Translations under genes and position numbers: made by a program
Notes under the pieces: model-generated
Told to the model about the DNA's origin: nothing
The model's input: the letters and a program-made list of their open reading frames with translations, nothing else
Database searches by the model: none
Source of the DNA: Dendrobates tinctorius
Lineage: Eukaryota
Reading direction: 5' to 3'
Length of the DNA stretch: 64,000 nt
Assembly: GCF_039654945.1 (NCBI RefSeq)
Contig: NW_027361907.1
Coordinates: 3,782,001-3,846,000 of the forward strand
Part shown: one piece after another, positions 47,429-60,826 of the stretch
Layout: each line of letters starts with the position of its first letter
Numbering within the stretch: the first letter of the stretch is position 1

Positions 47429-49910
47429 TTATAAATTTGTGTAGTGTGTGGTGGAAATACTGCTGGAGGGGCTGCGGGACACTTCGACACTGGGAGTGTG
47501 GAGAGAGGACTGGGATCGTGGTGGGGAAGGAACAGTTAGAGGTGAAGGTGTGGAAAAAGCTAGAGAATGGGTGGACATGTGGGAGGCAGAAGAGGTGGTG
47601 GGTGGTGGAGTGGAGGGTTGGGCAGGGACTGTAGGAGCAGATGATGTGGATGGAAAGTGGTATGGGGAAGGAGTTTGGTACGGGGAAGGAGTTTGGTACG
47701 GGGCAGGTTGCTGGAAGTGGGGAAATGTCTGGTAATGGGGAGGTTGCTGGTACTGGGGAGGTTGCTGGTACTGGGGAGGTGGCTGGTATGTAATAGGAGG
47801 GGAAGGATGGAAAGTGGCTGGAGGGGGTGCAGGTGGAGGAACTACTGGGGTGGGAGGAGGAGGTTGGGAGGTAACGTGCTGGAGAGCACCGTGGCACGAA
47901 TGCATTACATGCATCTGCTGGCTAGGAGAGAGCATTTCCATGCGCTCCACAACAGACCTGAAAAAGGTGTGGTTTGGCGAAGATCTTGATTCTGAATGCA
48001 TGGTTTGCAGAAGTGTCTTCATCTCCAGAATGCTGGAGTTGATCTGCTGAAAGCCTGCGGAGATTTGCTCTGACAAGACTTTTAGACAGTTCTGGAAAGA
48101 TGCATTCAGATGCAAGAACTCTGGCGCATAAGTCTTTTCCTGATCCCTCTGCCGCTGCCGCCCAGTAACCGCAGGTGTACTAGAGGTGTCAGGGGCAGAA
48201 GGGTGGGGTAAAGGGAAAGCGATCTCCTCACCAGCAGCTCCATGTAATGTTGTCGGCCACGATGCTCCTGCGCTGGTGGATGGGACAGATGAGTCTAATG
48301 TGTGGGAAGGCTGGGAAGGTGCAGATGTACCGGGGTGGTCGAAGTGTCCCTCGGTGCCGGTCTCCTCAGGGATCGCCTCAGAAGGGTCCAACCGTGCAGG
48401 CTCCCGAGTGCTGCTCACCGTGCTGTGGAATAATGAGGAAAAAAAATTAAAATAGTGACATGGCATGGCCCTGGCTGAAAACATTTTTTTACATCTAAAC
48501 ATTTTTTTTTTATATGTGGTCTGTAATATTTACCTTCTGGTAACCATTGTATCCCGGAGGAATGACAGGGCTCGTGCGTACTTGTACTTGCTCCTGCGTC
48601 CTCCAGATCCACTCGGGGCCCGCATCTCTTTATTGACCTCCTTCTTGAAACGATCCCTCACAGACAGCCACCGCTTCACAATTCTCTCCCCTGAAACGAG
48701 AAAGGACAAAGTGGTTAGTATACAACATCAGTGTTTCCCAAACTCCAGTCCTCATGGTCCCCAGGGGTCATGTTTTCAGGATTTCCATAGTAACTAGAAA
48801 TCCTGAGCACATGACCCGTGGGGACCACGAGGACTGGAGTTCGGGAAACACTGGTTTACATCAAGCAACCGGTACTGTATATACTTACGCTCTTTAATCT
48901 GGGCCCGAGCATTGAGGTCCTCCCAGCGGTCCACAAGGAGCGAACAGATTTCCTCCCAGAGCCGTCGGGTAACTATCAGGTCAGCATGGCGGCGGTCAGC
49001 CATATTCCATAGCGGCTCCCTTTCTCTGACGAGATCGATGAGGTGGTCCACATCTATTCCTCCATCCTCACCGTCAGAGTCGGGAGCACGCTGTGAAGGC
49101 TGTTAAAGTAAAAGAGAAAAATAGCAAAATTAGGCACCACACTTTAAGACATGAAATAAAAAGTGTACCAAAATGTAACTGAAATATTATACTTACACGC
49201 TGGTGACCGCAGCGTTGCTGTCGCCGACGACCCTGGAAGGCACTGCGAGGACCTCTTGGCCGAGCACCAGATTGGAAAGACTAGAGAAGAAAAGAAAAAA
49301 ATTTATGTGTTTGGATGTTGGCATATTTGCTGTGTGATGTCTGCGGTACATTGTTTTCTATGTGTTGTGTGTAGTGTGATGTTGTGTTTCTGCGTTTGAT
49401 GAAAAAAACTTACCAATTGTGAGCCCACTCCAGGTGTCTGTCCACCCCTTCCTTCTTCTCCTGGGAGCTCCTCTTCAGATTGTGATTCCTGTTTTGAAAT
49501 AAAAGCCAATGAATATAGACATATATTACAGAGATGATGGATTTTGGAAATAAAGACTTACCATCAAACGCTAACGATGCGAGGGAGGGCTCCCAGAAGA
49601 AGATGTGGTGTCTCCTGCTGGCCAGACTCCATGCCTGTGGGTGGTGCTGCTGCTGCCAGTGCTGCTGCTGCATCTCTTGGGCAGCTGTTGAATAAAGAGA
49701 AACAAAGGGCCAATGAATATCTTGATATTCCATGGCCCTAGTTTTGAGGAATGGGGGATTTGATAATTACCGTCTCTCATCTGCTGGTGCACTCCCCTCC
49801 CGTTGTTCAGCATGTTCGCTTTGCTGCTCCATTTGGGGTGGTGGTGGTGCTGATGGTGCTGCAGTGGTCTCCTGCCTTCTCTTGCGCCTGGTTCCTGTCT
49901 TGGGTGGCAT
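47429..49910 (-). pseudogene. Harbinger second gene: Myb/SANT-like MADF DNA-binding protein with BESS-like motif and Pro-rich tail, predicted 7 exons
   Basis: Predicted exons 49910-49771, 49684-49562, 49488-49414, 49280-49197, 49099-48889, 48690-48534, 48422-47429, all with GT-AG introns. MADF signature LIDLVREREPLWN..LWEEI..KRWLSVRDRFKKE..YKYARALSFL. Exons 3-7 splice into one open frame; exons 1-2 do not join in frame. Confidence 0.85.
48729..48853. mobile_element. 125-bp palindromic hAT-like MITE within an intron of the Harbinger MADF gene
   Basis: CAGTGTTTCCC.AACTCCAGTCCTC / GAGGACTGGAGTT.GGGAAACACTG. TSD not well preserved. Confidence 0.75.
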
Positions 49911-50509
49911 GTTGGGTGTGGCTGAGGGTCCCACTGTCATGGTTTCATATATGTGTGCTGTGGGCAGAGCTACTGAGCATGCTCAGACCCAAAAAAATCG
50001 GATCCGGCCTCTGGATCCGGCTTTCGCCAAATCTGGCACATTGCGGCGCTCATAGACTTTCATTGTGTGAAAAAGCCGGACGCGCCGGATCCGGGGGGTC
50101 CGGCTTTTTCGCCGGAGACAAAAAACGTTACAGTTGCTGTTTTTTTTCAGACGCCGGATTGCCACACATTGCCGGATCCGGCGAAAACCGGACGAAACGC
50201 ATGGCCATCCGGCGCAAATGCAAGTCAATGGGGGGTAAACCGGATCCGGCATTGCATTGCAAATGAAGATAATAATACCAAAGAATTTGTGTTTGCAATC
50301 ATTTTCAGGAAGAAACTGAGTATTATCTGACAGAATTGCAGGGGTGTCAATACTTTTGACCACAACTGTATTTGGCCTAAAATACAAAGGAAATGTCATC
50401 TTTAACTTTAGGCCTTTTAGAGATCATTTAATCGTCAACTTTCTTAATTGTTCACAATAACAGTAATTTTAACCAGAGGTGCCCAAACCTTTACATGCCA
50501 TTGTATATA

Positions 50510-50972
50510 CAGCTCTGGCTGAAATTTAGAGATCACTGCAAAATGTTCAGTTTGTCTGATTTTTCCCTATAAACTTCTGACAACATGTCTCTGAATTTCC
50601 AAGCAATAAATTTTGTATTTTTTTCTGACAAAGAAAAATGGTCCAAATTGAAAGAAAAACGGTGCTTTCATACCTCAAATAATGCAAAGAAAGCAAGTTC
50701 AAAATCATTTAGAAACAACAATACTGATGTTTTAACTCAGGAAGAGTTCAGAAATCAATATTTTGTGGAATATCCATGATTTTTAATCATAGCTTTCATG
50801 CATCTTGGCATGCTTTCCACCAGTCTTTCACACTGCTTCTGGGCCAAAAATTTAAGCAGTTCTTTGTTTGATGGCTTGTGACTATCCATCATCCTCTTGA
50901 TTACATTCCAGAGGTTTTCATTGGGGACCAGGACAGGGTTTTGATGTGGTCTCTTAATTTTTGCCAGAGCTG
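50510..50972. mobile_element. Non-autonomous Tc1/mariner-type element; two further Tc1 right-end fragments lie at about 50252-50503
   Basis: TA-CAGCTCTGGC...GCCAGAGCTG-TA with about 25-bp imperfect TIR. Confidence 0.8.
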
Positions 50973-51530
50973 TATATATTTTAGAAAGTTTATAATCTTT
51001 CTGTGTAAGTGTACTTTAACCATGGACATCCACTAAGAATGCTTAGTCCCAGGCATTATGTTAGTCAATATGGTAGAAAAAGTGAGATGATCTCATCTAC
51101 AGGAATTTCCTAGCATTTTTCAATTTGTTAAATAAAAGACTTGTTTTATTGGATATGGTTTTATAGACAGTTCGAGGCACATTATAAGTGCATGATATTA
51201 AGACAAAATGTACTCTCCTCCCACCTAGACAGTGAAAATTACAGTTTATGTGCCTTAAAGATATAATATTTTGTTCTTTGAATTCATGCATTGTATATCA
51301 AGTGAGCAAAAGACAATGGACCATTCTTACATAAAAGAATCAATAGGCGCGCTTTGTTCTTTCTATATATATACTACTGTGTTGTGGTTTACCCATCATT
51401 TACATAGAGCCTTAAGTAGAACCTCAGCAATAAAAAAGAATATAAGAAAGAGAGACTAAATGCATGTCTTTATTTCGCCTATCAACATAACGTATTCTTT
51501 CAACACAAAATAGATTCATCAGTGAGTGTG

Positions 51531-52378
51531 TGTATAAGGAAATGGACAAGGAGGTGCCCTTGTTCCCCCTTGAGGACACGCTTGTTGTTGTCATGTGTAA
51601 TGTGTATTGTGACTTGCGTTATTAGTGATGGATTGTATTTTGCCCAACAGTAGGGAAGTTAGAGTTAATAGCTGAGACTAGCCCAGAGAGGGAGGTGCTA
51701 AAGCGAAGGGACAGAGACAATTTCCTGTCATGAGGACAGATAAGGCCCAGCGTGCAACAGAAGCAGACCTAAGGTCTCACTAGTCAGCAAAGCCACGTGA
51801 CGTGGGTGTCCCTGACGTGAGTGGAGACCAAAACAGGGGATGGTGAGATCCAGAGTAGAGAAAGGAAAAGTACAGGACAGAGTGATGAACTAGTGATGGA
51901 TCCTGGGACAGGACGCCTAACAGTAGGGCCCCAAGTTTCATAGATAGAGAGGTAATGGGCCAGAATGGAACAGGGAATGTGAGACGAAGAGAGAGCCCCG
52001 GGCTGTAGTTCCAAGGCGTTAGCAAGGAAAGAAGTTACGTAATGGCCATAGTGGCAAACTAGTTCGCCTAAGGGAAAGGAGGACGCAGAAACACTGGTTG
52101 AGGACAGGACTCCCACTTACTGAACTGTAACTGTAGCTATTGTACATTTTTCCCAGCAAGTTAATGTTAAGTAATGTTTATTTTTGAGTGGTGTTCTACC
52201 TCACTGAAGTGTTCAACATCTGGTCCTTGCCAGCTGAAGTCACCAGCATCATGTGGCGTGCAAGGGTGTAGTGCTTCCATAGACAAAGCCCACACACCCA
52301 GCCAGGACCCCCATCTTCATGTAGCATGTGGGGCATGGAAGAAGAGTACCTTGCCCACGGCTACCACGCCACGCTACA
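51531..52378. mobile_element. Solo LTR-like element (848 bp) with 4-bp TSD
   Basis: TGTA...TACA ends. TGTG at 51527-51530 and 52379-52382. GC-richer than flanks; no ORF. Confidence 0.65.
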
Positions 52379-54136
52379 TGTGGCTACCTATTTTTTTTTA
52401 TTACTTCAAATAATTATAACTCCAGTAGTGCACGTATATTTTTTACTAAAACGAGAATAAACCCTTTCAGAAGGGGAAAAGAAGCAAAAACTTGTTATAG
52501 TATGTTCATGTAACTAGGACCTTGTTCTATTTGACTGGTGTTGGTCTACCACTCTACCTGATCAGGCTCTGTTTACTTCCAGTGCTACTTTATGCTTAGA
52601 CGTCATCTGCCGAGGTTGGACTCTTGAAATCCCCATAATAAGCAGTAATCACCAGTCTTGTACTGTCCATACAACTGTGTCTGGTACTATACATGCCACT
52701 ATTTAACATTGACAGCCATATGTCCCACTACAATGGCAGCTATTGAACTTACGTGACTGTCATTGTGCCCCCACTAATCCTGGGAGAAGTATGTGCTGCC
52801 TGCTTTCAACTACCCATAAAATTTTGGGATGATCGCAGTAAACGGAAAAATGGGTCTCTTGACTTCTGTCTTGGTTTGACAACAAACAACTTGAAATCCA
52901 TGACACAGATCCTGTTTGCCAAGATCTGATAAGTTGGTAAAATCATTAGCCTTGCACATACCTATCATAAAAACACACTGTCATGTTATATTGTCAGGTG
53001 AAATGTTCCGCATAAGGAAACATTTACAGAACCCAAACTAGCTAGGAAAACGAGATTCATTCTGACATTAAAGCATACCTTTAGAGATCAACTGAAAAAC
53101 CTAAAAAGAAAAGTAAAACAAATGAATGCTGCTTAGTTATCAATTCTATTAACATGCTGACTGCTTACTTAAAGGGAACCTTTCACCTTTCACGCTGCCC
53201 AAATTGCGTGTATCATTGAAACAAAGCCTGGCTGTAAGATTACAGGCAGGTATATTATTCTCTGAAGCATGTCGGACTTTAAGAGAAAATCTAATTTAAG
53301 GATCTGGAGACCATAGCTGCTCCTGGTCGGCTTTTCACAGCCCTTTTCACAGCGATTCTAGAGGTGATTGTTAGGTCTTTTGCTATGGAAGAGACATGTC
53401 AATCATCTGCAGTGGAGCGAAGAGAAGTTGGCCAGGGGAAAGTATACATTCACTGAAATACACTTTGGAGAAAAATATACTGTACCTGCCTGCAATTGTT
53501 CAGCCAGGCTTTGATTCATCATGCTGCATGCAGTTTGGGCAGCATAAGTTACTACAGGCCGTTCTGCATTTCTGGTGAGTTACCGACATCATGTTAAGAG
53601 CGATAGACAGCTGTTTAGATAGGTAATAGTTTAGAGAGGTAAAGAATTTAGAGATGAAATAATTGTCTAGTGGTTCTATGTTTACAGCAGCATTGACACT
53701 GATTAAGCAAATGTATCCCTTTTAGGATTAGGAGGAACTGCACTGTAATGACAATTACTTCAGCTTCATTTTTTCTGTAAGAGGGTAGACAATATGGTCA
53801 ACAATGAAAGGGATTGTCCAACAGAGGAAAATGTCTGCTCTGTTCTAATGATGTGCTCTTCAAGTTACCTGATCGGTGCCCCACTCACAATCTGCAACAG
53901 TTCTCCATAGTAAAGACCATGGTTTTAGAGTAGGGTATCATAAAAGCTCCTCTTGGTGTCCTAATATCATTGTCCTTATGGTGTATGACTTCAAGCAACC
54001 TAATCGTCATTTCCCATGTACAGTTTTCTTTGGTCATATCTAGAACATAATTGAAGGACAATTGAGTGCATATCTGCTTAACATAGCAATCATTAAAAAA
54101 ATGTATATTCACCTTTCCCCTGTATTTTGTTCTTAG

Positions 54137-54217
54137 GGCGGCAAGTCATACACCGGACCCTGTGGCGGACGAGATTGCAGTGGTGGATGCCAGTGTTATC
54201 CAGAAAAAGGCAGCCGT
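54137..54217 (+). CDS. col4a2: Internal coding exon (81 bp, phase 0-0) of a type IV collagen alpha2-like chain, start of the 7S domain
   Basis: Acceptor TTTTGTTCTTAG and donor GTAAG. Translates [44 protein letters not shown] matches COL4A2 as I recall it; COL4A6 is the main alternative. Too short to appear in the ORF track. Confidence 0.88.
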
Positions 54218-54753
54218 GTAAGCTATAATATATTGCTATTTTATTTGCGTTTGTTATAGTAAGTGGCATAATTTCTGCAGATTCGCTCTAAAGTGAATCA
54301 GCCACATCTAAACCGTCTTAAGCATTATTACTTATGCTTTGACTGTACAATCAAATTTCCTTATGTGTAACAAAGACTGTTCTTTGATTTCTTGGCTAAA
54401 TTATGATGATGAAAATTTTGGGTGGATGAAGGGGGCCTTGCCATATTAGGCTTTTTTTATTTTAGCATTCGTCTATGAATAAAACAAATTATACATTAGG
54501 CATCAAGGTAAATTAGCTCAATAGAACTTTACATCTATTTTTTTTTCTAGTTTTAGACAATAAAAATTACTTGGCAACACAGATCCAAAAATATCAAGTT
54601 GTAGACCTTGGTAAAATTTAATAGAACTTAACCAACTACTGAAGGCTCTTTAGCAGGCATTTTCGTTAAGGGTACATTTAGTCAACAACCGGAAGTTTAC
54701 TACCCTGTTTGGACAGGCCGACCTCACTTCCATACACTCAGAGTGATCATTAG

Positions 54754-55390
54754 AGGGAACCCGTCACGTTCTATAATGCTATTAAGGCCGGGGTCACACT
54801 TGCGAGTGCTATGCAAGAAACTCGCTCGAGTCCCTCACCTCAATACCCGGCACTACCACTGGCGGTTCGGACCGGAGCATTCAGCTGCATAGAAAGACAT
54901 GCAGCCGCACACTCCGGTCCCGAGTGCCAGTGGCAGTCCCGGGTATTGAGGCGAGAGACTCGCGCGAGTTTCTCGCAGTGCACTCGCAAGGGTGACCCCA
55001 GCCTAACTTACAGATAAAATCTTCAGGTTAATAGCGTTAGGAAGGTGCCCAATGGCAGTACTGAAACTGTGCAACCTGAAGAAAATGAACTATATTCCTC
55101 TTAGTAGCTGCTGGCTTTCTTATACAGGTGTGTCGGCACGGCTATAGTCACGGTGGCGGCTGTAAGCACAACCCGGCACTTGGTTTGACTCTTTGCAGAG
55201 TTGGCTGTTAGCAGGGACTGTAGCCGCTCCAGCACACCTGTATGACTGAAAGCCAGCAGTTCCCCTCGAGGACTTTACTTTTCTACTGTGTGCCACACTT
55301 TCAGTGTAATGGCCAGGTAGCTTCCTAAAAGTATTAACACTAACTCTACAGCTGCAGGTTAAAACCATTATCTGACATGACAGGTTCCCT
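54754..55390. mobile_element. Kolobok/T2-type MITE with a nested Harbinger MITE (54786-55003, TAA TSD)
   Basis: AGGGAACCCGTCA / TGACAGGTTCCCT-TTAA. Nested TIR GGC.GGGGTCAC / GTGACCCCAGCC. Confidence 0.82.
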
Positions 55391-56291
55391 TTAACACATG
55401 CACATGAGCACATTGACTGTTCTGTGTGCATAGACTGTCATTGTTTTCGGAAGCAAATGTTTTGTTTATAGAGAAAATGTGCTGCCGAAATCTACCGTTT
55501 TAAGCAAACTTAATAATCGTTTAATTAGATGATCGTTTTGCTCATTCCTTGGATGATTGTCCGCCTTATTACACTGGCCAATTTTCATGAAACAAGTGTC
55601 TCTAGTGTAAATGCACCCTAAGTCTGCACTTTTCAGTCATTATGTAACTAAACAAGGCTATGGTTGTGCATTTGGTGCATATGGTGGGAAGGCTCCCTTC
55701 CTTTTGGCCTCTATCAGATTGGACTATCCTATTATTCCCTTTTATTTTATACTACTACACCAGTACCAACATTAGTACATGAAGACAGCACTTAGTACAG
55801 TGATCAATTGGAATGTTAGGTCAGCCCTTACCATATAGATTTGTATCGCAGGAACCTTCATCTCCCAATATGAGCCATCCCAATATGAGCCATGTTACGG
55901 AGATGCTTGGAGTTTTTGTTACCAGCCATCATCTGACTGCCAACAATACAGAAACCACAGCATTGATTCAATGCACTCAGTAGCATTATTAAACATTTAC
56001 AGAGTAACAACCTTTGGGAGATTTTTTATATGTTATGTCTCTTTTATTATGAGCAGATCAGTGTGGATGCGGGTCATGATACCCCTACCAGTGTCTCAAA
56101 AGTTTCCTTTGCTGAATAATGCCAAAACTACATTGTACTACAATAACTCACAGCAAGTGATGAATCACCAAAAAATATTTGCGTGCTTTTTGAAGTAGTT
56201 AACATAATTTTCAAAATGTCCAGCAAACTTTATATTTTACCTGTATATAAACCCTTAAAGCATTTGTGAGAGTGCAAAAATATATGACTAA

Positions 56292-56576
56292 TAGTGATGG
56301 GCGAACGTGCTTGGTCGGATAAGGTGTTATCCGATCATGCTCGGGTGCTATCTGAGTGTCTTCAACGTGCTTGAATAGTATGTTCGAGTCCCCGTGCCTA
56401 CATGTCTCGTGGATGTTAAGACACCTGCCACACATGTGGGGATTGCCTAACAAACAGGCGATCTCTGCATGTATTGCGGCTGTCTAACAGCTACGAGACA
56501 TGCAGCCACGGGACTCTCAGATAGCACCCGAGCATGATCCGATGACACCTTATCCAAGCAAGTTCACTCATCATTA
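56292..56576. mobile_element. hAT-type MITE
   Basis: Exact 8-bp TSD ATGACTAA (56284-56291, 56577-56584). TIR TAGTGATGGGCGAAC / GTTCACTCATCATTA. Confidence 0.9.
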
Positions 56577-57900
56577 ATGACTAACACAAAAGCAAAAATC
56601 TTAAAGGTTACTAAAGATTTAAGTATACTGACAAAAGAGAAACATAGAGCCATGAGAGTGCATATAACGTCCACACATTCAAGAATTATATAATATTCTA
56701 TATCAATTTGGATGTATATTTACAATAAGTATTCTAAATTGTCTGCAGTCATCTGTATATTCTTGTAGACTTGCGTATGGGAACAACACTGACAAAATCA
56801 GAAGGGCATGCATTGAAGTATTCCACTAATTGTCTAATTTAGTCCCAGAGCATGACCCTCGGGGAACATTATATTACTTGTGCACCCGTTCTTGACCAGG
56901 ATGACCCAAAAATCTTAATACTCGTCATTTTATTAATGGGAAACATTCCTAAACCCCCTATACTTTGATGACTTTACTGTTTTTCCATATTTTAAGCTAG
57001 TTGATCTATTGCTTGAGCCATCTACCATCAGTTCCATAGTCAAACCAATTTGAAATTCTTCTACGACATGGAGAGAAGGCAATAAAACAAATGTCTCAAT
57101 GTTGTGTTATAGCATCTTAAGTCTTTGAAGCCTCATGTTATCTGCCATATGTAGATTTATTCATATTAGTATATATATATTGATAGCTAACACCTCTACA
57201 CAGAGATCATACATATTGTTCTGTCTATTTGTCTTTTACAATTTAAAATAGTCTATTGTATACTCTTGTCATAAATTTGATAAGACATCCCACCCTGAGT
57301 AAGTGGTGACAGTTTAAAATGTATGGTATGTCGGATTATTTTGGGCTCTCTAGCTGATTATGTCAGTACAAGCTCTACATCAGCACTATCACCCAAACTG
57401 ATACATAGATGCTAAAGAAAATTAGCAACTTCCACATGAATTACATTTTTCAAACTGTATCTAAAAAATGTTGTCCATGTTCTTTCTTCAGAAGTGCACT
57501 TCTCCCCAGCCTTGCCATGAGGCAATGCACTCTCGATGACTAACAGATAAAATCATAGAATATTAGAGTTGGAAAGTACCTCGAGGGTCATCGTGTCCAA
57601 TCCCCTGACAAACCAGTACTCTCCAGTGCTGAAAGCAGAAGCAGCTTTAGAGCCAGTGAAGCTCTATATCAAGGAACTTGTAAGTGCTGCGCTCCTTGCC
57701 TAGGAAATTGGTCAGCGCTGGCTGGTAACCTAGTCAATGAGCAGTAAACTATAAATTAATTCTAACCATTTCTGAGAATGGAGATGGTCTTTCAGAATAG
57801 GAAAGCAGCTAGTGCGTTTGATTTTACAAGCGGTTTGCGATTTTCCCAAATTCTATCTCCAAAAAATTGAGACAACCGATTTAAATATTCATATTTTTAA

Positions 57901-58424
57901 AGCGAAACTGTCAGCAGGATTTTGCTAAGTAAACTACAGACACTGTCAGGTTGTCAGTATTAACCTGATTAAAGTGATACCTGGGATGAAGAAATCCATC
58001 TTGTGGTTCTTGTGTAATCAGTGTTATAAGTTTTCAGTTAATGAGATTCCCGTGTTCTGGGGTAGGATTGTAGGCAGAGTCTAATCTTCCTGCTCTACGA
58101 CAGAGAAACCAAGGAAAGACCTGCCCACAGGCCGCCCCAAAGCACAAACCTGTTCCTCATCATAGAGACAGACTGTTTGTACTTCGGTGTGGCTTGTGAG
58201 CAGGTCTTTCCTTGGTTTCTCTGGCTTAGAACAGGAAGATAAAACTCTGCCTATAGTATCGCTCCAAAGGACGGGCAAATCATTAACTGAAAACTTCTAA
58301 TACTGATTACGCAAGAATTATAAGATGCATTTCTTCACCCCAGGTGTCACTTTAATCAGTATAACAGCACTAAACCTGACAATGCCTATAGTTTACTTAG
58401 CAAAATCCTGCCGACAGGTTAGCT
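57901..58424. mobile_element. Kolobok/T2-type foldback MITE
   Basis: TTAA on both sides. Imperfect inverted repeat over almost the whole length (CAGGATTTTGCTAAGTAAACTA / TAGTTTACTTAGCAAAATCCTG). Confidence 0.85.
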
Positions 58425-60826
58425 TTAAATATACACCCATTGTATATATTATATTCAATATCCAATATTAAAGGTCCATTATTTCACAAATGGAACGCAA
58501 TCATTGATAGCCGCCAGGAGGATGGGGCATTGCCATGATGGAGCAGGAAGCCACAGGGACCTGAAGTTTTTTTAAGTTGACTATTAACATTCTTTCTCAC
58601 ATCATGAAAAAGGGACATGGACCGCACATCCAAATATTATACATTGCTCTACTACTACTAAGCAATTGTGATGTAATCAGTGTTTTTTTAGATGTAGCAT
58701 GTTGTATCGTATATTGACAGGAAGCCACTAATCAGTGTTGTGGGCATAGTTGCACAAGGCACCAGTCTGGCTGAGAAAACATTTATTGTACAGAAACCAC
58801 AGTACACAGCCTAATAAGTTACACATTGCTGAAATCAGTGTCTCAGCCCCTATCTCAAGCTGCCATCAGTTTACATAGCAATAACGTGCTGAAAGATTCC
58901 CTTTAAGTGCTAATTTTTACCTACTTCACTAATTGTCTCCCATGATTCTTTGGGAGCTTGTCTTTAGGCTGCTCTGCATTATCACTCTGTGAGCCATGCC
59001 CCCTTTGTCAAGATCATAAAAATTAGCGCTAAAAAAGGCCCATATCTCTGGAACCATATGGAGCAGCGGGAATAAAATTAAAGCAAAATCTGGTCATTAT
59101 GAACCTGGGCCCTCTATAAAGGGAGACACATACAAGGAATTCTTTGGCTCCTCACAAATGCTGACTTTCTCCTGTTAGCAGAAATTTATAGCCGTTTACT
59201 TCTGATGATATACAAACATTTAAGAACTAAAAATTCCTCCTTGACATATTTTTCACATTAATGAAACATCACAAGTTGAATGCCATTGATGTCATATTGT
59301 TCCAAGCTATCCCACTCACTCAGCTAAGTGCAGGGTATGAAGTTCTCATGAATTGCGGTCCTCCAAGTCAGTTGTTTGTACAACTTTTCAGAGTTTATTC
59401 ATTGTTCCCTAAGACAAGGTTATTTCAGGGAAATGCTTACATTATATTTGCTGTATAATGATGTGTAAATCTTAGTGTGCTTTTTCTGTATGACTTAACA
59501 AATTGCCTGTTGTACATGTGTAGTGACTGTCTTAATGGGCTACCCACTTTTAGAATTCAGCTGGACATTCTACATGAAGTTCACTGAAATAAATGTGCCG
59601 CCATGAAATTCACAGTGACCTTGAGTTCTCTAAAGACGGAGTCACTATATCTGTCCCTTTTGGTTTGTAGAGGTGAATTCCTAGAAGGCTTGCTTGGCTT
59701 AGGCAACTTTATGGTGTCCTAAATTACTTCTGTAGAAATAGAAAACGCAAAGGGCAATTTCTTCCTGATCCCATTTCTTTTAGGATGACAGATGGCTTTG
59801 GTTTGGAGCTTGAGAAGAAAGGGAAGACATCAGTACTGTTGTCCTTAATGGCCTGTTTTACAGAGTGGTGGAAAAGCTCCTGCAGAAATTTGTATCAGGC
59901 ATTGAGCTTTAAAACAAATGAAGATCTTAGTTGTATATGACAAACATTGTACATGTGCCGCCATTTTTAACCCAACATGACTATTTTCCATTTTTGCATT
60001 TATGTTTCTTTCCTCTCCTTGCAAAGAGCCGTAACTCTTTTGTTTTATTTTTCCATCAACATAGCCTTATGAGGGTTTGTTGCTTTTGAATGAAACTATT
60101 CATTTTACCATGTGATATACTGAAAAGCAGGAAAAGAATTCCAAGTGAGGACAAATTGCACAAAACGTGCAATTTCACAATTGTTTTTAGAGGTTTTATT
60201 TAGAGTGTTCATGATACAGTACAAATTACTGGACAATATTATTCTGCAGGTCAGTCTGATTACATTGGTACCAGACATGCATATTCTTTTTTTTTAAGTG
60301 GTGAATAAATTCGTATTTGGAAATTTGTAAAATAAATTATGCTTGTGTCATCATTTTCTGAGACCCATAACTTACAGTTTCAATTTTCGGTCAATGGGTC
60401 TGTGTGAGGAATTCTTTTTTTGCCCCCTGATCCAATATATTTTAATTAATACCATTTTGGGATAGATGCAATATTTTATCTCCTTTTAACTGTACTTTTT
60501 AGCAGTGTTGTCTCAGAAAAAAAAATGTAATTCTCGCATTTACAATTTTTTTCTCATTAAGCTGTTAACTAATCAGATTAATAAAAAATGTTATATTTTT
60601 GATAGGGTAAGCTTTTATGGTTGTAACAATACCACATATGTGTATATTTTTTTAATGGGGGATAGGGTGGTTAATTGGGATTTTTCATATTTTTAAAATA
60701 TTTTTTTTTAACCTTTCACTCTATTTGTTAGTCCCCTTAGGGGATTGGAACCTGCAATTGTTATATCCAATATAGTTAGTCTTAGGTATTAAGGGACATA
60801 TGCTTCAAATATTATTAAAATATGTA

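Larger units (their letters stand above)
45189..50251 (+). mobile_element. Autonomous-type PIF/Harbinger transposon (two convergent spliced genes), right TIR missing
   Basis: TAA followed by left TIR GGCTACTTTCAC. CCGGATCCG-rich subterminal blocks at both ends. Transposase on +, Myb/MADF gene on -. Confidence 0.92.
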
